NCBI GenBank assembly: GCA_966685145.1
Contig: CBKXXB010000001.1
Location: 633-64,632, forward strand
Origin: an uncultured bacterium
GTDB lineage: Bacteria; Patescibacteriota; Saccharimonadia; Saccharimonadales; OFTM59
DNA length: 64,000 nt
Direction of reading: 5' to 3'
Shown here piece by piece: positions 1 through 9,924 of this stretch (positions are counted from its first letter, which is position 1; every line of letters starts with the position of its first letter). Both the position numbers and the translations under genes were made by a program. Under the pieces are notes generated by a model. The model ran no database searches, was not told where the DNA came from, and saw only the letters and a list, made by a program, of their open reading frames with translations.

Positions 1-1434
1 GGCACTTGAAGAACTCGGGCTACATCACGTACAGCATTACGAGCAGCCATACGACCAAACGTAACTATATTGGCAACTCTGTCAGCTCCATACTTTTCAA
101 CGCAGTACCTAATAACCTCATCACGCCTAGTATCCTGAATATCGATATCTATATCGGGCATGCTTATTCTGTCAGGATTTAAGAATCGTTCGAACAGAAG
201 ATCATAAGCCAGCGGGTCTAATTCTGTAATTTTAAGACTATATGAAATAATTGATCCTGCTGCAGAACCTCGTCCAGGTCCGAAGACTATACCCTTGTCC
301 TTCCCCCAGTTAATAAAGTCAGCAATAATCAAAAAGTAACCGCAAAATCCCATTTGTTCGATTACTTTTAGCTCGTATGCTGCACGATCTCTAACATGCC
401 CGGGTAAACTTTTCTTGGCTTCTGTGAGCCCAAGTGTTTTACTGCTTTTTTCTGAAATGCCCCCGTAGCGCCATGCCAGACCCCTGTAAACCAGCTTCTC
501 AAGATAGGTAATTTCTGTCTCGCCTTCCGGCACTGGGAATTTTGGAATGAGGATCTTGCCCAGGTCTAACTTAACGTCACAAAGTTCAGCTATTTTTCTA
601 GTATTGGTTATAAGCTCCGGACGATCCTTGCCCCAACGTTCTATAATTTCCTTCGGGTCGGTTACGTGTAAATCAAAATCCTTCAGTGACATCCTTTTCT
701 CATCGCTCAGAAACGACCCTGTTTGCACACACAGCAGGATTTCGTGTGCTTCTTGGTCTTCATGGTTCAGGTAATGTGCGTCCGCCGTTACTACGCATGG
801 AATCCCCGACTCTCGGCTTATTTGCAATGTTAGCTTAGTTACCGCTGCCTGCACATCCCACTTTTGAGGATGCTCTTCGTGACCATGGTCTTGTACCTCC
901 AAATAGTATCTGTCGCCGAATACTTTCTTATACCAATTTGCCGCTTGTTTCGCCTGTTCATACTGGCCTTGGCGTAGCAAGTCGCCCACCTCTCCACCTA
1001 TACAGCCTGATAGCACAATCAAACCTTCGTTATACTGTTCTAGCAATTCACGATCTATTCTCGGTTTGTAATAGAACCCACTAAGGTTTGCAGTAGTCGA
1101 TAATAGCATCATGTTGCGATAGCCGGTATTGTTCATAGCAAGCAATGTAAGGTGATAGTAAACTTTGTCTTTGGTCGGGTCCTTATCAATATGTCGCCTT
1201 GGTGCAACATATGCTTCTATACCGATAATCGGTTTTATGCCTTTTGCAGTTGCCTCCTTGTAAAACTCAACAGCACCAGACAATGTCCCGTGATCAGTAA
1301 TGGCTATCGATTCCATGCCCAGTTGTTTGGTTCTTTCAATAAGCGCTGGTATTTTGGTCAAGCCATCTAGCAGACTGTACTGCGTATGGTTGTGCAGGTG
1401 GACAAAATCACTTGGCGAAAGGCTTGCTTTCACT
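1..1434 (-). CDS. dnaE: DNA polymerase III alpha subunit (DnaE), N-terminal part; the gene runs off the window edge
   Basis: The minus-strand translation from GTG at 1434 reads VKASLSPSDFVHLHNHTQYSLLDGLTKIPALIERTKQLGMESIAITDHGTLSGAVEFYKEA... This is the PHP-domain N-terminus of DnaE. An in-frame TAA lies immediately upstream of the GTG. The reading frame stays open to position 1. Confidence 0.8.
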
Positions 1435-1509
1435 ATTTTTTATACCCTCTTATTTATGCTCTATTTTATAAGACAGTTTGTATTCTTACGAAGCTTATAA
1501 TTACAACGT

Positions 1510-1773
1510 TTACCTTTTAGATTGTTCAACCGAGGAACGAATGTTATCAATGAGCGGTCCAATCAAAGGAATCTGGTCAAAAGGGGAAAGTGCCCAAACA
1601 AGGAGGCCCACGCCCAGGGTCGCTCCCACTGTTCCGCCAAGGCCAATAAGCACGCCTTTTACGAAGCTCATGATATAGAGCCTTTTTCTGCTCAGATATC
1701 CTGTGTCGTATACGGCTGCCAATAGGCGTCCGAAACTTTCTATTTCACTAGCTTTTTGCTTCTGGTTTGGCAT
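1510..1773 (-). CDS. Small membrane protein, hypothetical
   Basis: 87-aa ORF with a hydrophobic glycine-rich segment (GVLIGLGGTVGATLGVGLLVWAL). No recognisable catalytic motif. Confidence 0.4.
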   Translation of the reverse strand: MPNQKQKASEIESFGRLLAAVYDTGYLSRKRLYIMSFVKGVLIGLGGTVGATLGVGLLVWALSPFDQIPLIGPLIDNIRSSVEQSKR

Positions 1774-2179
1774 CTTTTTTTATAAATTTCTTAAGGTGCT
1801 CTGTGGCGTCTTTTACTTCCTTTATGGCTTTCTGGAGATCTTTGTCCTCAGCCTCACCTTCGTGTATTGCGCTCAGTAGCTGTCGTGTTTTATCTTTGGC
1901 TTTCTGGGCTTTATCAAGAGCACTATTCATGTCTGCCTTTGCCCGTTGGCCCAAATTCTTAGTTTGGCTTTTGCCTTTTACGATAAGCTCGTCAAGGTCA
2001 CTATGAAGCTTCTTCAACTTGGCCTCAGCGTCTTTTTTAGCCTTTAACGCTGCTCGCTGCAGGTCTCGTCTTGTTTCCCTTCCGCTCTTGGGCGCCGTTA
2101 GGACACCTGCCGCATAGCCAATTCCAGCCGCCACTAAAGCTCCCATGGCCAGTCGACTGCCCCTACGCTTTGCCATCAT
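1748..2179 (-). CDS. YtxH-like protein with an N-terminal membrane anchor and a coiled-coil
   Basis: Hydrophobic N-terminus GALVAAGIGYAAGVLTAPKSG, then a K/E/A-rich coiled-coil. This is typical of the YtxH family. It overlaps the DUF948-like ORF, as in ytxG/ytxH pairs. Confidence 0.5.
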   Translation of the reverse strand: MMAKRRGSRLAMGALVAAGIGYAAGVLTAPKSGRETRRDLQRAALKAKKDAEAKLKKLHSDLDELIVKGKSQTKNLGQRAKADMNSALDKAQKAKDKTRQLLSAIHEGEAEDKDLQKAIKEVKDATEHLKKFIKKDAKPEAKS

Positions 2180-2457
2180 TGCCCTCCTTTTGACTTACGT
2201 TTGGTCGGTCCTTCTTTGTTTGACATATTCCTTACCAGCCGCTTTATCATACGTCCAATAGCAAATGAACTAAGTGTTTTTTGGAGTGTTCCTGTGAATG
2301 ATTCAGCCGCTTCGGCAATATGTTCGGCTTTATCGGCTAATTTCTTCACTGTTCGTAAGATTTGGATCAGCTTTACGGTTGCTATGATTGCAAGTATCAA
2401 CAGAACAGCAAGTGCGGCTGCCAGTATTACGACTAAGGTTCTCTCCGCTGTATCCAT
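2176..2457 (-). CDS. DUF948-like membrane protein, partner of the YtxH-like gene
   Basis: N-terminal TM segment (LVVILAAALAVLLILAIIATV) followed by an amphipathic helix. Its start overlaps the downstream ORF's stop. Confidence 0.45.
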   Translation of the reverse strand: MDTAERTLVVILAAALAVLLILAIIATVKLIQILRTVKKLADKAEHIAEAAESFTGTLQKTLSSFAIGRMIKRLVRNMSNKEGPTKRKSKGGQ

Positions 2458-2499
2458 ACATTAAACAGTATACAGCATGTGGACAGTAGCAAATTATGA

Positions 2500-3393
2500 T
2501 CAACCTATCGTCTTGCGCAAGTAGGCCAAAAATTCATCTTTCACATCTTGGTGTTTGAGTGCGAAAGCAACCGTAGCCTTTAAGTAGTCTAGTTTGTTGC
2601 CAGTATCGTAGCGTGTGCTGTTTTTGATCTCACAACCAAAGAAGGCTTTGTGGTCAGCAAGCATAGGCTGTATCACGCTGTCAGTTAGATAAAATTCTTG
2701 ACCCGGTGACAATGACTGGTGCCCTGTTTCCAGGTAATCAAACACGTCAGGCGTAAGTAAGTAGCCGCCCACGGCACCGAAGTTAGAGGGGGCTTTTTTC
2801 TTGCCGGGCTTTTCGACAATCCCACTCATCTTAACCACGTCCGGCTTCAATAGTTCACCGCTAACCACACCGTAACGATCGTACTGTTCATCCTGCTCTA
2901 GTCTTATGCACGGGATTATCCCACCACCAAGTTCTTCATGAAGCGATATCATTTGTCTATAGCAGTTGGGCTCTGCTGCTATCAGGTCATCTGCAAAAAC
3001 ATAAATAAATGCTTCATCTCCGATCAGGTGACTAACGTTCACGATTGGCGTAGCGGTTCCATAAGGACCTTTTTGGCGCACATAGGAAAAATTAGCCAGA
3101 TCAGAAATCCTACTAACTTCCTCCAGAAGCTTAGCCTTGCCTCCCTGCTCCAAGTTGGTACGCAAGTCAGCGCTCATTTGATCGAAGTGATCTTCTATGG
3201 ACCTCTTGTGATAACCGGTGACAATAATAATATCTTCTATACCGGCATCAACCAGTTCCTCAACCACGTACTGGATAACTGGTTTATCTACAAGCGGCAG
3301 CATTTCTTTAGGCATCGCTTTTGTTTGTGGTAAAAAGCGCGTGCCAAAGCCTGCCGCTGCTATTACTGCTTTTCTAACTGTTTTATTTGACAT
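2500..3393 (-). CDS. galU: UTP--glucose-1-phosphate uridylyltransferase
   Basis: N-terminal VRKAVIAAAGFGTRFLPQTKAMPKEMLPLVDKPVIQYVVEE, the nucleotidyltransferase G-loop. The 297-aa length is typical of GalU. Confidence 0.85.
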   Translation of the reverse strand: MSNKTVRKAVIAAAGFGTRFLPQTKAMPKEMLPLVDKPVIQYVVEELVDAGIEDIIIVTGYHKRSIEDHFDQMSADLRTNLEQGGKAKLLEEVSRISDLANFSYVRQKGPYGTATPIVNVSHLIGDEAFIYVFADDLIAAEPNCYRQMISLHEELGGGIIPCIRLEQDEQYDRYGVVSGELLKPDVVKMSGIVEKPGKKKAPSNFGAVGGYLLTPDVFDYLETGHQSLSPGQEFYLTDSVIQPMLADHKAFFGCEIKNSTRYDTGNKLDYLKATVAFALKHQDVKDEFLAYLRKTIG

Positions 3394-3435
3394 CTTTCAT
3401 ATTCTATCATTGAAGACATCAAGAAGACCGAAGGC

Positions 3436-4917
3436 TTATATACCGAGCTCTTTTTTAATAAGTTCTTGTGCAAGTTTAGGATTAGCCTTGCCCTGTGAAT
3501 TCTTCATAATTTGACCGACTAAGAAGCCTATGGCTTTCATTTCACCGGCAGCCACGTCTTGAGCAGCTTGCGGATTCTCTTTTATTACCTTACTGACTAT
3601 CTTCGATATCTCGGCCTCATCTGATACCTGGATAAACCCCTGTTCTTCGGCGTATTTTTCTAAATCAGAGGGCTTGGCGCCGCTTTTTATCAATGTAGTT
3701 ATAAGAGCCTTTGCATTAGTAGAGCTCAGCTTGTTTCCCAGAATCAAGTCATAAACCGCTTGATAGATTTTAGCTCTCTCTTGATTAGTGGAGTCGTTAT
3801 TCAGCTTTTCTCCGCTCCTTCTTAACGGAATTTCTATGTTTACCAACCAATCGGCCAGTCGCTTGGCAAGCTCTTTATTGTCAAGATTCTGTTCAAGCAG
3901 GGCCAAGTAGTTGGTGTTTTCGTTATCAAGCTCGGCTTCTAACAGAACCTCGACTTGGTTTTTATCGAGGCCGAGTGAAGACATTTTCGCTCGCCAGCTA
4001 TCGGGTAGTGTCGGCACTGTTTCTCCGAGCTTATTAATGGCTTGGTCATCAAGTTCGATTGGGGGAATATCTGGGTCTGGAAAGTATCGATAGTCATGTG
4101 CTTCTTCCTTGCTGCGTTGGCTAAACGTTTTTTGTTTGGCGTCATCCCAGCCTCGTGTTTCTTGTGTAATCTGTTCGCCCTTTTCCAGTACTTCAATTTG
4201 TCGGTTAATTTCAAACTCCACCGCCTTTTCAACACTTCGAAAACTATTGAGATTTTTAGTTTCTGTTCTTGTCCCGAGCTTATCGGGATCCTTACTTACG
4301 CTGACATTCACGTCAAAGCGCATATTCCCATGATACATATCGGCGTCTGAAACGCCCGTATAACGAATCAATAGCCATAACTCTCTGGCATAAGCCTTGG
4401 CCGCTGCTGCAGAATGCATATCTGCTTCAGAAACAATCTCGAGTAATGGGGTACCTGCGCGGTTCAAGTCAACCAGGCTATAGTCTTTGCCCGCAGGGTG
4501 TGTACTTTTACCGGCATCCTCTTCTATTTGTACTCGGTTTATCCTTACGGTACTTATTTCACCGCCCACATCAATCTTGACTGTGCCGCCAACAATAATA
4601 GGCTGAGTGAGCTGTGTTATCTGATAGCCCTTAGGTAGATCAGGATAAAAATAATGTTTGCGCTCAAAGTAGCTGTGCTTCTGCGGCCTAGTGTTAAACG
4701 CAAACGCCACTTTCATGGCGTACTCAAGGGCCTTCTCATTGAGCACGGGTAGGGCGCCCGGCATGCCAAGACAAATATGACTAATAAGCATATTGGGTGC
4801 CGCCTCACGCGCATCGTTAGAAACGGCAGCAAATAACTTGGTCTTAGTCTTAAGCTGCACATGACACTCAATACCTATAGTTGCAGTATATAAGTCACGT
4901 ATCTCGGGGTTCACCAT
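3436..4917 (-). CDS. gatB: Asp-tRNA(Asn)/Glu-tRNA(Gln) amidotransferase subunit B
   Basis: 493 aa. The N-terminus TIGIECHVQL and the rest are GatB-like throughout, including a GatB/YqeY C-terminal domain. Confidence 0.9.
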   Translation of the reverse strand: MVNPEIRDLYTATIGIECHVQLKTKTKLFAAVSNDAREAAPNMLISHICLGMPGALPVLNEKALEYAMKVAFAFNTRPQKHSYFERKHYFYPDLPKGYQITQLTQPIIVGGTVKIDVGGEISTVRINRVQIEEDAGKSTHPAGKDYSLVDLNRAGTPLLEIVSEADMHSAAAAKAYARELWLLIRYTGVSDADMYHGNMRFDVNVSVSKDPDKLGTRTETKNLNSFRSVEKAVEFEINRQIEVLEKGEQITQETRGWDDAKQKTFSQRSKEEAHDYRYFPDPDIPPIELDDQAINKLGETVPTLPDSWRAKMSSLGLDKNQVEVLLEAELDNENTNYLALLEQNLDNKELAKRLADWLVNIEIPLRRSGEKLNNDSTNQERAKIYQAVYDLILGNKLSSTNAKALITTLIKSGAKPSDLEKYAEEQGFIQVSDEAEISKIVSKVIKENPQAAQDVAAGEMKAIGFLVGQIMKNSQGKANPKLAQELIKKELGI

Positions 4918-5326
4918 TCGGCAAAGCTCCTAGATCTCTTAATGCTTGACGAAACCCGATTAAAGCTGATTTCACATCCGCTTCTTTTAAACGAAATTCG
5001 GGATCAGCCAATATTTTCTTAGTCAGGCTGTGCGCAAACCACACTGCGTCATTATTAAGGAAAAGGCGCTGGGCCGACACCATGCGTTCACCCATAGTTT
5101 TGCCTTTGAACTTTCTTCTCTTAAGTGCATTGTCGAGCAAACGATCAGCGGCAATAAGCGCGTCAGGCCAGGTAACCTTGTCTTTACAGAACGCCTGAAG
5201 CTGTTTCCAGTTTTCATCGAACGCATCTTGTTTCAAGCGTTTAGGCAAATATTTGTAAATAATCGCCAACATAATAAGTCCGACGACAACGGCAAGACCG
5301 ATAAAAATCATTCTTTCAATACTCAT
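4895..5326 (-). CDS. Hypothetical membrane-anchored protein inserted between gatA and gatB
   Basis: 143 aa with one N-terminal TM (IFIGLAVVVGLIMLAIIY). Its start overlaps the gatA stop and its stop overlaps the gatB start by 23 nt. Confidence 0.5.
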   Translation of the reverse strand: MSIERMIFIGLAVVVGLIMLAIIYKYLPKRLKQDAFDENWKQLQAFCKDKVTWPDALIAADRLLDNALKRRKFKGKTMGERMVSAQRLFLNNDAVWFAHSLTKKILADPEFRLKEADVKSALIGFRQALRDLGALPNGEPRDT

Positions 5327-6759
5327 TGTACTAACTCCTCAAATTTGTAGGCTAATGCAAGTAATTCCTTATCCTTGCGCTGCGGGGCCATAAGTTGTAG
5401 ACCCACCGGAAGACCGCTCACAGTACCGGCAGGCACGCTAATTGCCGGAATGCCAACGAGACTGACTGCCACGGTCATCATATCCTGCAAATACATTTGC
5501 AATGGATCGGTACTGTTTTGACCAATTCTAAATGCAGTCGTAGGAGCTACTGGTCCTAATAGGAAGTTGTATTTATTAAATGCATTATCGAACTCCTGAA
5601 TGATTTTCGTTCTCAGTCGTTGTGCTTTGCGATAGTAGGCATCATAGTAACCACTGCTAAGCACATAAGTGCCGATCATTATTCGTCGCTTAGCCTCGCG
5701 ACCAAAACCCTCGCTTCTAGACCAGTTGTAGCTATCGTCAAGGCTAGTGGCCGTTGATTTCGAAAATCCGTAACGCTGCCCGTCGTAGCGACTTAAGTTG
5801 CTGCTAATTTCTGCTGGGACAATGATGTAGTAGGCCGCCAGTGCCAGTTCAAGCGAAGGCAAACTAATATCTTCAATTTGTATACCTGCAGTCTTTAGTT
5901 TTTCAGACGCCTCGTAAATTTTAGTGCGAACGGCTTTATCAGTACCTTCGCCCATATATTCTTTAATAACGCCGATCTTGATATGCTTAAACGATCTATC
6001 GGGTGCTGACGACAAATTATAGCCACCTTCTTGCCGCTCTATGGTTGTGCCATCAAGCTCATCCTTACCGGCAATAACATCCACAATAAGCGCCACATCT
6101 TCTACTGTTCTTGCAATAGGGCCAATCGTATCAGTGCTACTCGCCATCGCTACCACGCCACTACGTGACACCAGACCGTATGTAGGCCTTAACCCGACTG
6201 AACCCGTAAATGAGGCTGGTTGACGTATCGAGCCGCCAGTATCTGTAGCCAAAGCAAAAGGGACCATGTCAAGAATTACAGCAGCTGCCGGTCCACCCGA
6301 ACTACCGCCCGGTACGCGTGTTTTATCGTGAGGATTTTTTGTAATCATAAAATCGCTGTTTTCAGTACTGCCTCCATGACCGAATGCGTCCAGATTAGCC
6401 TTGGCTACGCAAATCGCTCCTTCCGCTTCGAGTCTTTCGACTGCGGTTGCTTGGTAGGGCGCTTCAAAGCCTTTCAAGATATTACTGGCAGCCGTGGTTT
6501 CACTGCCGAAAGTCAGAAAGTTGTCCTTAGCAATAAATGGCACACCCGCCAGACGACCAACTTGTTCACCGTTCTTAACTCGCGCATCTATTTCCTCGGC
6601 ACGAAGGCGGCTGCGTTCATGTATGGCTGAAATTACAGCGTTGTAGTCCTTTTTTTCATCTATAGTTTTAAGTGCGCTCTCAACTAACTCTACAGCCTTG
6701 GCGTCTCCCGATTGCACGCTTCTTGCGATTGCTGCAATGGCTGGCCATTGACTAGTCAT
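5323..6759 (-). CDS. gatA: Glutamyl-tRNA(Gln) amidotransferase subunit A
   Basis: 478 aa. Amidase signature region GGSSGGPAAAV with the Ser-cisSer-Lys family hallmarks. Confidence 0.9.
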   Translation of the reverse strand: MTSQWPAIAAIARSVQSGDAKAVELVESALKTIDEKKDYNAVISAIHERSRLRAEEIDARVKNGEQVGRLAGVPFIAKDNFLTFGSETTAASNILKGFEAPYQATAVERLEAEGAICVAKANLDAFGHGGSTENSDFMITKNPHDKTRVPGGSSGGPAAAVILDMVPFALATDTGGSIRQPASFTGSVGLRPTYGLVSRSGVVAMASSTDTIGPIARTVEDVALIVDVIAGKDELDGTTIERQEGGYNLSSAPDRSFKHIKIGVIKEYMGEGTDKAVRTKIYEASEKLKTAGIQIEDISLPSLELALAAYYIIVPAEISSNLSRYDGQRYGFSKSTATSLDDSYNWSRSEGFGREAKRRIMIGTYVLSSGYYDAYYRKAQRLRTKIIQEFDNAFNKYNFLLGPVAPTTAFRIGQNSTDPLQMYLQDMMTVAVSLVGIPAISVPAGTVSGLPVGLQLMAPQRKDKELLALAYKFEELVQ

Positions 6760-7049
6760 GATAACATCCGCCTTACCTTGATATGATCATCTTCCGTTGA
6801 TGGCACGTTTTTAAGTAGTTCTGCGGGCGTCATGCCATAGTTTTTCACTACATCGGTACGCGTAACGTTTTTAAGTCCTGTAACTTGGTATGTGGGCTCA
6901 ACCCCTTCAAGATCCACTGCCTGTAATTGCTCTACATACTGTAATATAGCACTGATCTCTTCTTCGAATTGCTCGACCTCGTCATCAGTAAGGTGGAGAC
7001 GGGCGAGCCGAGCCAATTTTAATACGTCATCTCGTGTCAACTTCGCCAT
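6756..7049 (-). CDS. gatC: Glutamyl-tRNA(Gln) amidotransferase subunit C
   Basis: 97 aa. MAKLTRDDVLKLARLARLHLTDDEVEQFEEEISAIL is the classic GatC sequence. It overlaps the gatA start by 4 nt. Confidence 0.85.
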   Translation of the reverse strand: MAKLTRDDVLKLARLARLHLTDDEVEQFEEEISAILQYVEQLQAVDLEGVEPTYQVTGLKNVTRTDVVKNYGMTPAELLKNVPSTEDDHIKVRRMLS

Positions 7050-7124
7050 ATATTCTCAGTATAACTGATTAGCTCGTGAGTATCCACCTACCTTGGTATC
7101 TTTAATGAACACTTAATCATCGCC

Positions 7125-9089
7125 TTACATTTTCTTCTTAATATCGGAGATTATATCTCTTAACTCTGCAGCTTTTTCAAATTCAAGATTAGCAGCTGCC
7201 AGCTCCATCTGCGCACTAAGATCGCGCAAAAGCGTACCATACTCATCCTTTGGTATTTTCTTGAGATCAAGTTTGGCCTTCTTGGCCTCCTCAGGCAAGT
7301 CGGGTCTCATGCCCTTTTCAACCGCCTTGGCGATACCCTTAGGTTTTATCTTGTGTCGTCTATTATAATCTTCCTGAATTGTTCGCCGTCTCGTGGTTTC
7401 ATCAATCGTTCTTTGCATGCTGCCGGTAATGCGGTCTGCATACATAACTACACGTCCTTCAATGTGACGTGCAGCACGGCCAACCGTCTGCACTAACGCT
7501 TGTTCACTGCGAAGAAACCCCTCCTTATCAGCATCAAGTATGGCCACTAAACTCACCTCAGGTAAGTCCAAGCCTTCGCGAAGCAGATTTATGCCTACAA
7601 CGACATCGTAAACGCCAAGCCTGAGATCGCGCAGTATGTCAGTCCGCTCCAGCGTCTCAACGTCACTGTGCAGATATGTGACCTTAACATCAATTTCTTG
7701 CAAGTACTCAGTCAAATCCTCGGCCATGCGTTTAGTCAAGGTAGTGACAAGCACACGTTGGCGCTTTGCAATTATTTTCCTAATTTCACTAAGTAGGTCG
7801 TCGATCTGCCCCTCAATCGGACGAACCTCAATTACCGGGTCGAGCAGCCCGGTTGGTCGTATAACTTGCTCAATAGGAGCAGGGCTGCGTGTGAGCTCAT
7901 ACTGCGCAGGAGTCGCACTTACATAAACAACCTGGTTTACGTGTTTTTCAAACTCTGTAAAAGTAAGCGGTCTATTGTCTAGTGCGCTGGGTAAGCGAAA
8001 GCCGTGCTCGACCAAAACTTCTTTGCGCGCCCTGTCGCCATTGTACATACCTCTTATCTGCGGTATGGTCATATGCGACTCGTCAATAAAGAGCATATAA
8101 TCGTCTGGAAAATAATCGAGCAGGGTTGCCGGTTGCTCCCCTGGTTCTCGATTAGTCAGATACCGGCTATAATTCTCGATTCCTTTTACGAAACCGGTTT
8201 CTTCCAGCATTTCCAAATCAAAACGTGTACGTTGTTCAAGTCGCTGAGCTTCAAGAAGCAGGCCCTTGCTTTTAAAATATTCCAGCCGTTCTGCCAATTC
8301 AGACTCAATACTAGTTAGAGCATGCTTTAACTTTTCGGCCGGAGTTACATAGTGGCTACTTGGGAAAATTCGTATTGAAGCAGGACGACGAATAACTTCG
8401 CCGGTTAGAGGCTCAATCTGGCTGATTCTCTCAACCTCATCGCCAAAAAATTCAACTCTATAGGCCACTTCTTCACCCGCAGGCAGTACGTCAACCACAT
8501 CACCTCTTACACGGAAAGTTCCTCTATGAAAGTCCACGTCATTGCGCTGGTACTGAATATCAGTTAAGCGACGTATGAATTTGTCACGGACTTTACGTTC
8601 TCCAACTTTTACGAACTCTGCCAGGTTACCGTAGTCCTCAACCGAACCTATGCCGTAGATGCAGCTTACGCTTGCAACAATAATGACGTCCCGCCTTGTA
8701 AGCAGCGCATCAGTCGCAGCATGGCGTAGACGATCGATTTCTTCGTTAATTTGGCTATCTTTTTCTATATAAGTATCCGAACGTGGGATGTATGCTTCCG
8801 GTTGATAATAATCAAAATAGCTCACAAAGTAGTGAACGGCGTTATCGGGGAAAAAGCCCTTAAACTCACTGTAGAGCTGCGCAGCAAGAGTTTTATTGTG
8901 CGAAAGCACCAGCGTAGGTCGCTGCAGGCGCTGTACCGCATTTGCCATCGTAAACGTCTTGCCTGAGCCCGTTACACCAAGCAGCACCTGTTCTTTAACA
9001 TTGCTTTCTATGCCCTTTACTAGCGCCTCAATCGCGTCCGGTTGATCGCCTTTTGGCTTATAGTTACTTTTAAGAGTGAACTTACTCAT
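7125..9089 (-). CDS. uvrB: Excinuclease ABC subunit B
   Basis: 654 aa. Walker A GVTGSGKT, helicase motifs, and a C-terminal UVR domain. Confidence 0.95.
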   Translation of the reverse strand: MSKFTLKSNYKPKGDQPDAIEALVKGIESNVKEQVLLGVTGSGKTFTMANAVQRLQRPTLVLSHNKTLAAQLYSEFKGFFPDNAVHYFVSYFDYYQPEAYIPRSDTYIEKDSQINEEIDRLRHAATDALLTRRDVIIVASVSCIYGIGSVEDYGNLAEFVKVGERKVRDKFIRRLTDIQYQRNDVDFHRGTFRVRGDVVDVLPAGEEVAYRVEFFGDEVERISQIEPLTGEVIRRPASIRIFPSSHYVTPAEKLKHALTSIESELAERLEYFKSKGLLLEAQRLEQRTRFDLEMLEETGFVKGIENYSRYLTNREPGEQPATLLDYFPDDYMLFIDESHMTIPQIRGMYNGDRARKEVLVEHGFRLPSALDNRPLTFTEFEKHVNQVVYVSATPAQYELTRSPAPIEQVIRPTGLLDPVIEVRPIEGQIDDLLSEIRKIIAKRQRVLVTTLTKRMAEDLTEYLQEIDVKVTYLHSDVETLERTDILRDLRLGVYDVVVGINLLREGLDLPEVSLVAILDADKEGFLRSEQALVQTVGRAARHIEGRVVMYADRITGSMQRTIDETTRRRTIQEDYNRRHKIKPKGIAKAVEKGMRPDLPEEAKKAKLDLKKIPKDEYGTLLRDLSAQMELAAANLEFEKAAELRDIISDIKKKM

Positions 9090-9125
9090 CTCCTCATTGT
9101 AACAATGTTATGCCGAAGAGTTTAC

Positions 9126-9401
9126 TTACGGCCGGATAAGCTTGTCCGGGTCAACGTCAGTATTGGTATAGGTGCGGCCTTGAAAAATGCACTGTTCTGG
9201 ATAGCTTTCTAAGATGGGCTGACCAGCATCTTTACATTCCTGAAAAGTATTAATGCTCCTACCTTGTGAGAATATAAAAATAGCCACAAGTAGCAAACCA
9301 CCAAAGAGCACTACTAATATCGGCCATTTTCTGTGCTGCATCGCCAAATCATCATACAAGTTACTCATATAAATCCTTGTATTTAACAACCTCCAGGTCA
9401 A
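9126..9401 (-). CDS. Small membrane protein, hypothetical
   Basis: 91 aa with a single TM (WPILVVLFGGLLLVAIFIF). Confidence 0.4.
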   Translation of the reverse strand: MTWRLLNTRIYMSNLYDDLAMQHRKWPILVVLFGGLLLVAIFIFSQGRSINTFQECKDAGQPILESYPEQCIFQGRTYTNTDVDPDKLIRP

Positions 9402-9924
9402 GCAGTGCAGTCAGCTTGGCCAACAACTCGTCGGCATCACTGCTAAAGACCACATTTCGGCTACGGCGCTCGCCGGCTGCGTGTAATATATCCATGATTT
9501 CGGTACTGATGCCGCCAGCGCCTTGTAAAAAGCCAATCGGCGTGTCCGTTTCCATTGCAATAGTAAATTCGTGAAGGGTACCTAGCCGTCCTCCAATACT
9601 AATAACAGCGTCACTAGACGTTATAAGCAAGTTATCACGCCCAACATAGTTAAGGCCGCTATAGATGATAGTGTCATATGCCTTTACGGGAAGCCTATAT
9701 TTGGCTACATGCTCTATCTTCGAGGTGGCCGGGCTTATACCGACGCTCATTTTCCCCCCGAATTTTTTGTACGCCTGCGCAGCATAATCAGGCAGTCCAA
9801 TCGTTGCACCTGACATAAGACAGTGCCCGGCTTTAGCAATTGCCCGGCCTGCGGCTTGCGCCAGCACTTTGCCTTCTTCTACGCTTTTGCCTTTTGCGGC
9901 GCCAGAAATACATATTTGATACAT
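9361..9924 (-). CDS. TIGR00725/LOG-like Rossmann-fold protein (SLOG superfamily)
   Basis: 187 aa. Gly-rich Rossmann segments (ISGAAKG, MSGATIGLP, GGRLGTLHEF) as in the TIGR00725/lysine-decarboxylase-like family. Confidence 0.5.
   Translation of the reverse strand: MYQICISGAAKGKSVEEGKVLAQAAGRAIAKAGHCLMSGATIGLPDYAAQAYKKFGGKMSVGISPATSKIEHVAKYRLPVKAYDTIIYSGLNYVGRDNLLITSSDAVISIGGRLGTLHEFTIAMETDTPIGFLQGAGGISTEIMDILHAAGERRSRNVVFSSDADELLAKLTALLDLEVVKYKDLYE

Noticed and set aside
547-1500. Plus-strand ORFs (75, 72 and 66 aa) at the left edge
   Set aside because: They lie antisense inside the clearly coding minus-strand dnaE PHP-domain region. Their translations are low-complexity and Ser/Cys/Phe-rich, typical of antisense frames.
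2938-3514. Plus-strand ORFs antisense to galU and the gatB 3' end. The same pattern occurs inside uvrB (7636-8318), pheT (28514-29116), the pentapeptide gene (54434-54907) and metK/corA
   Set aside because: Each is fully contained within a well-supported gene on the opposite strand and has antisense-like composition. I treat them as shadow ORFs.
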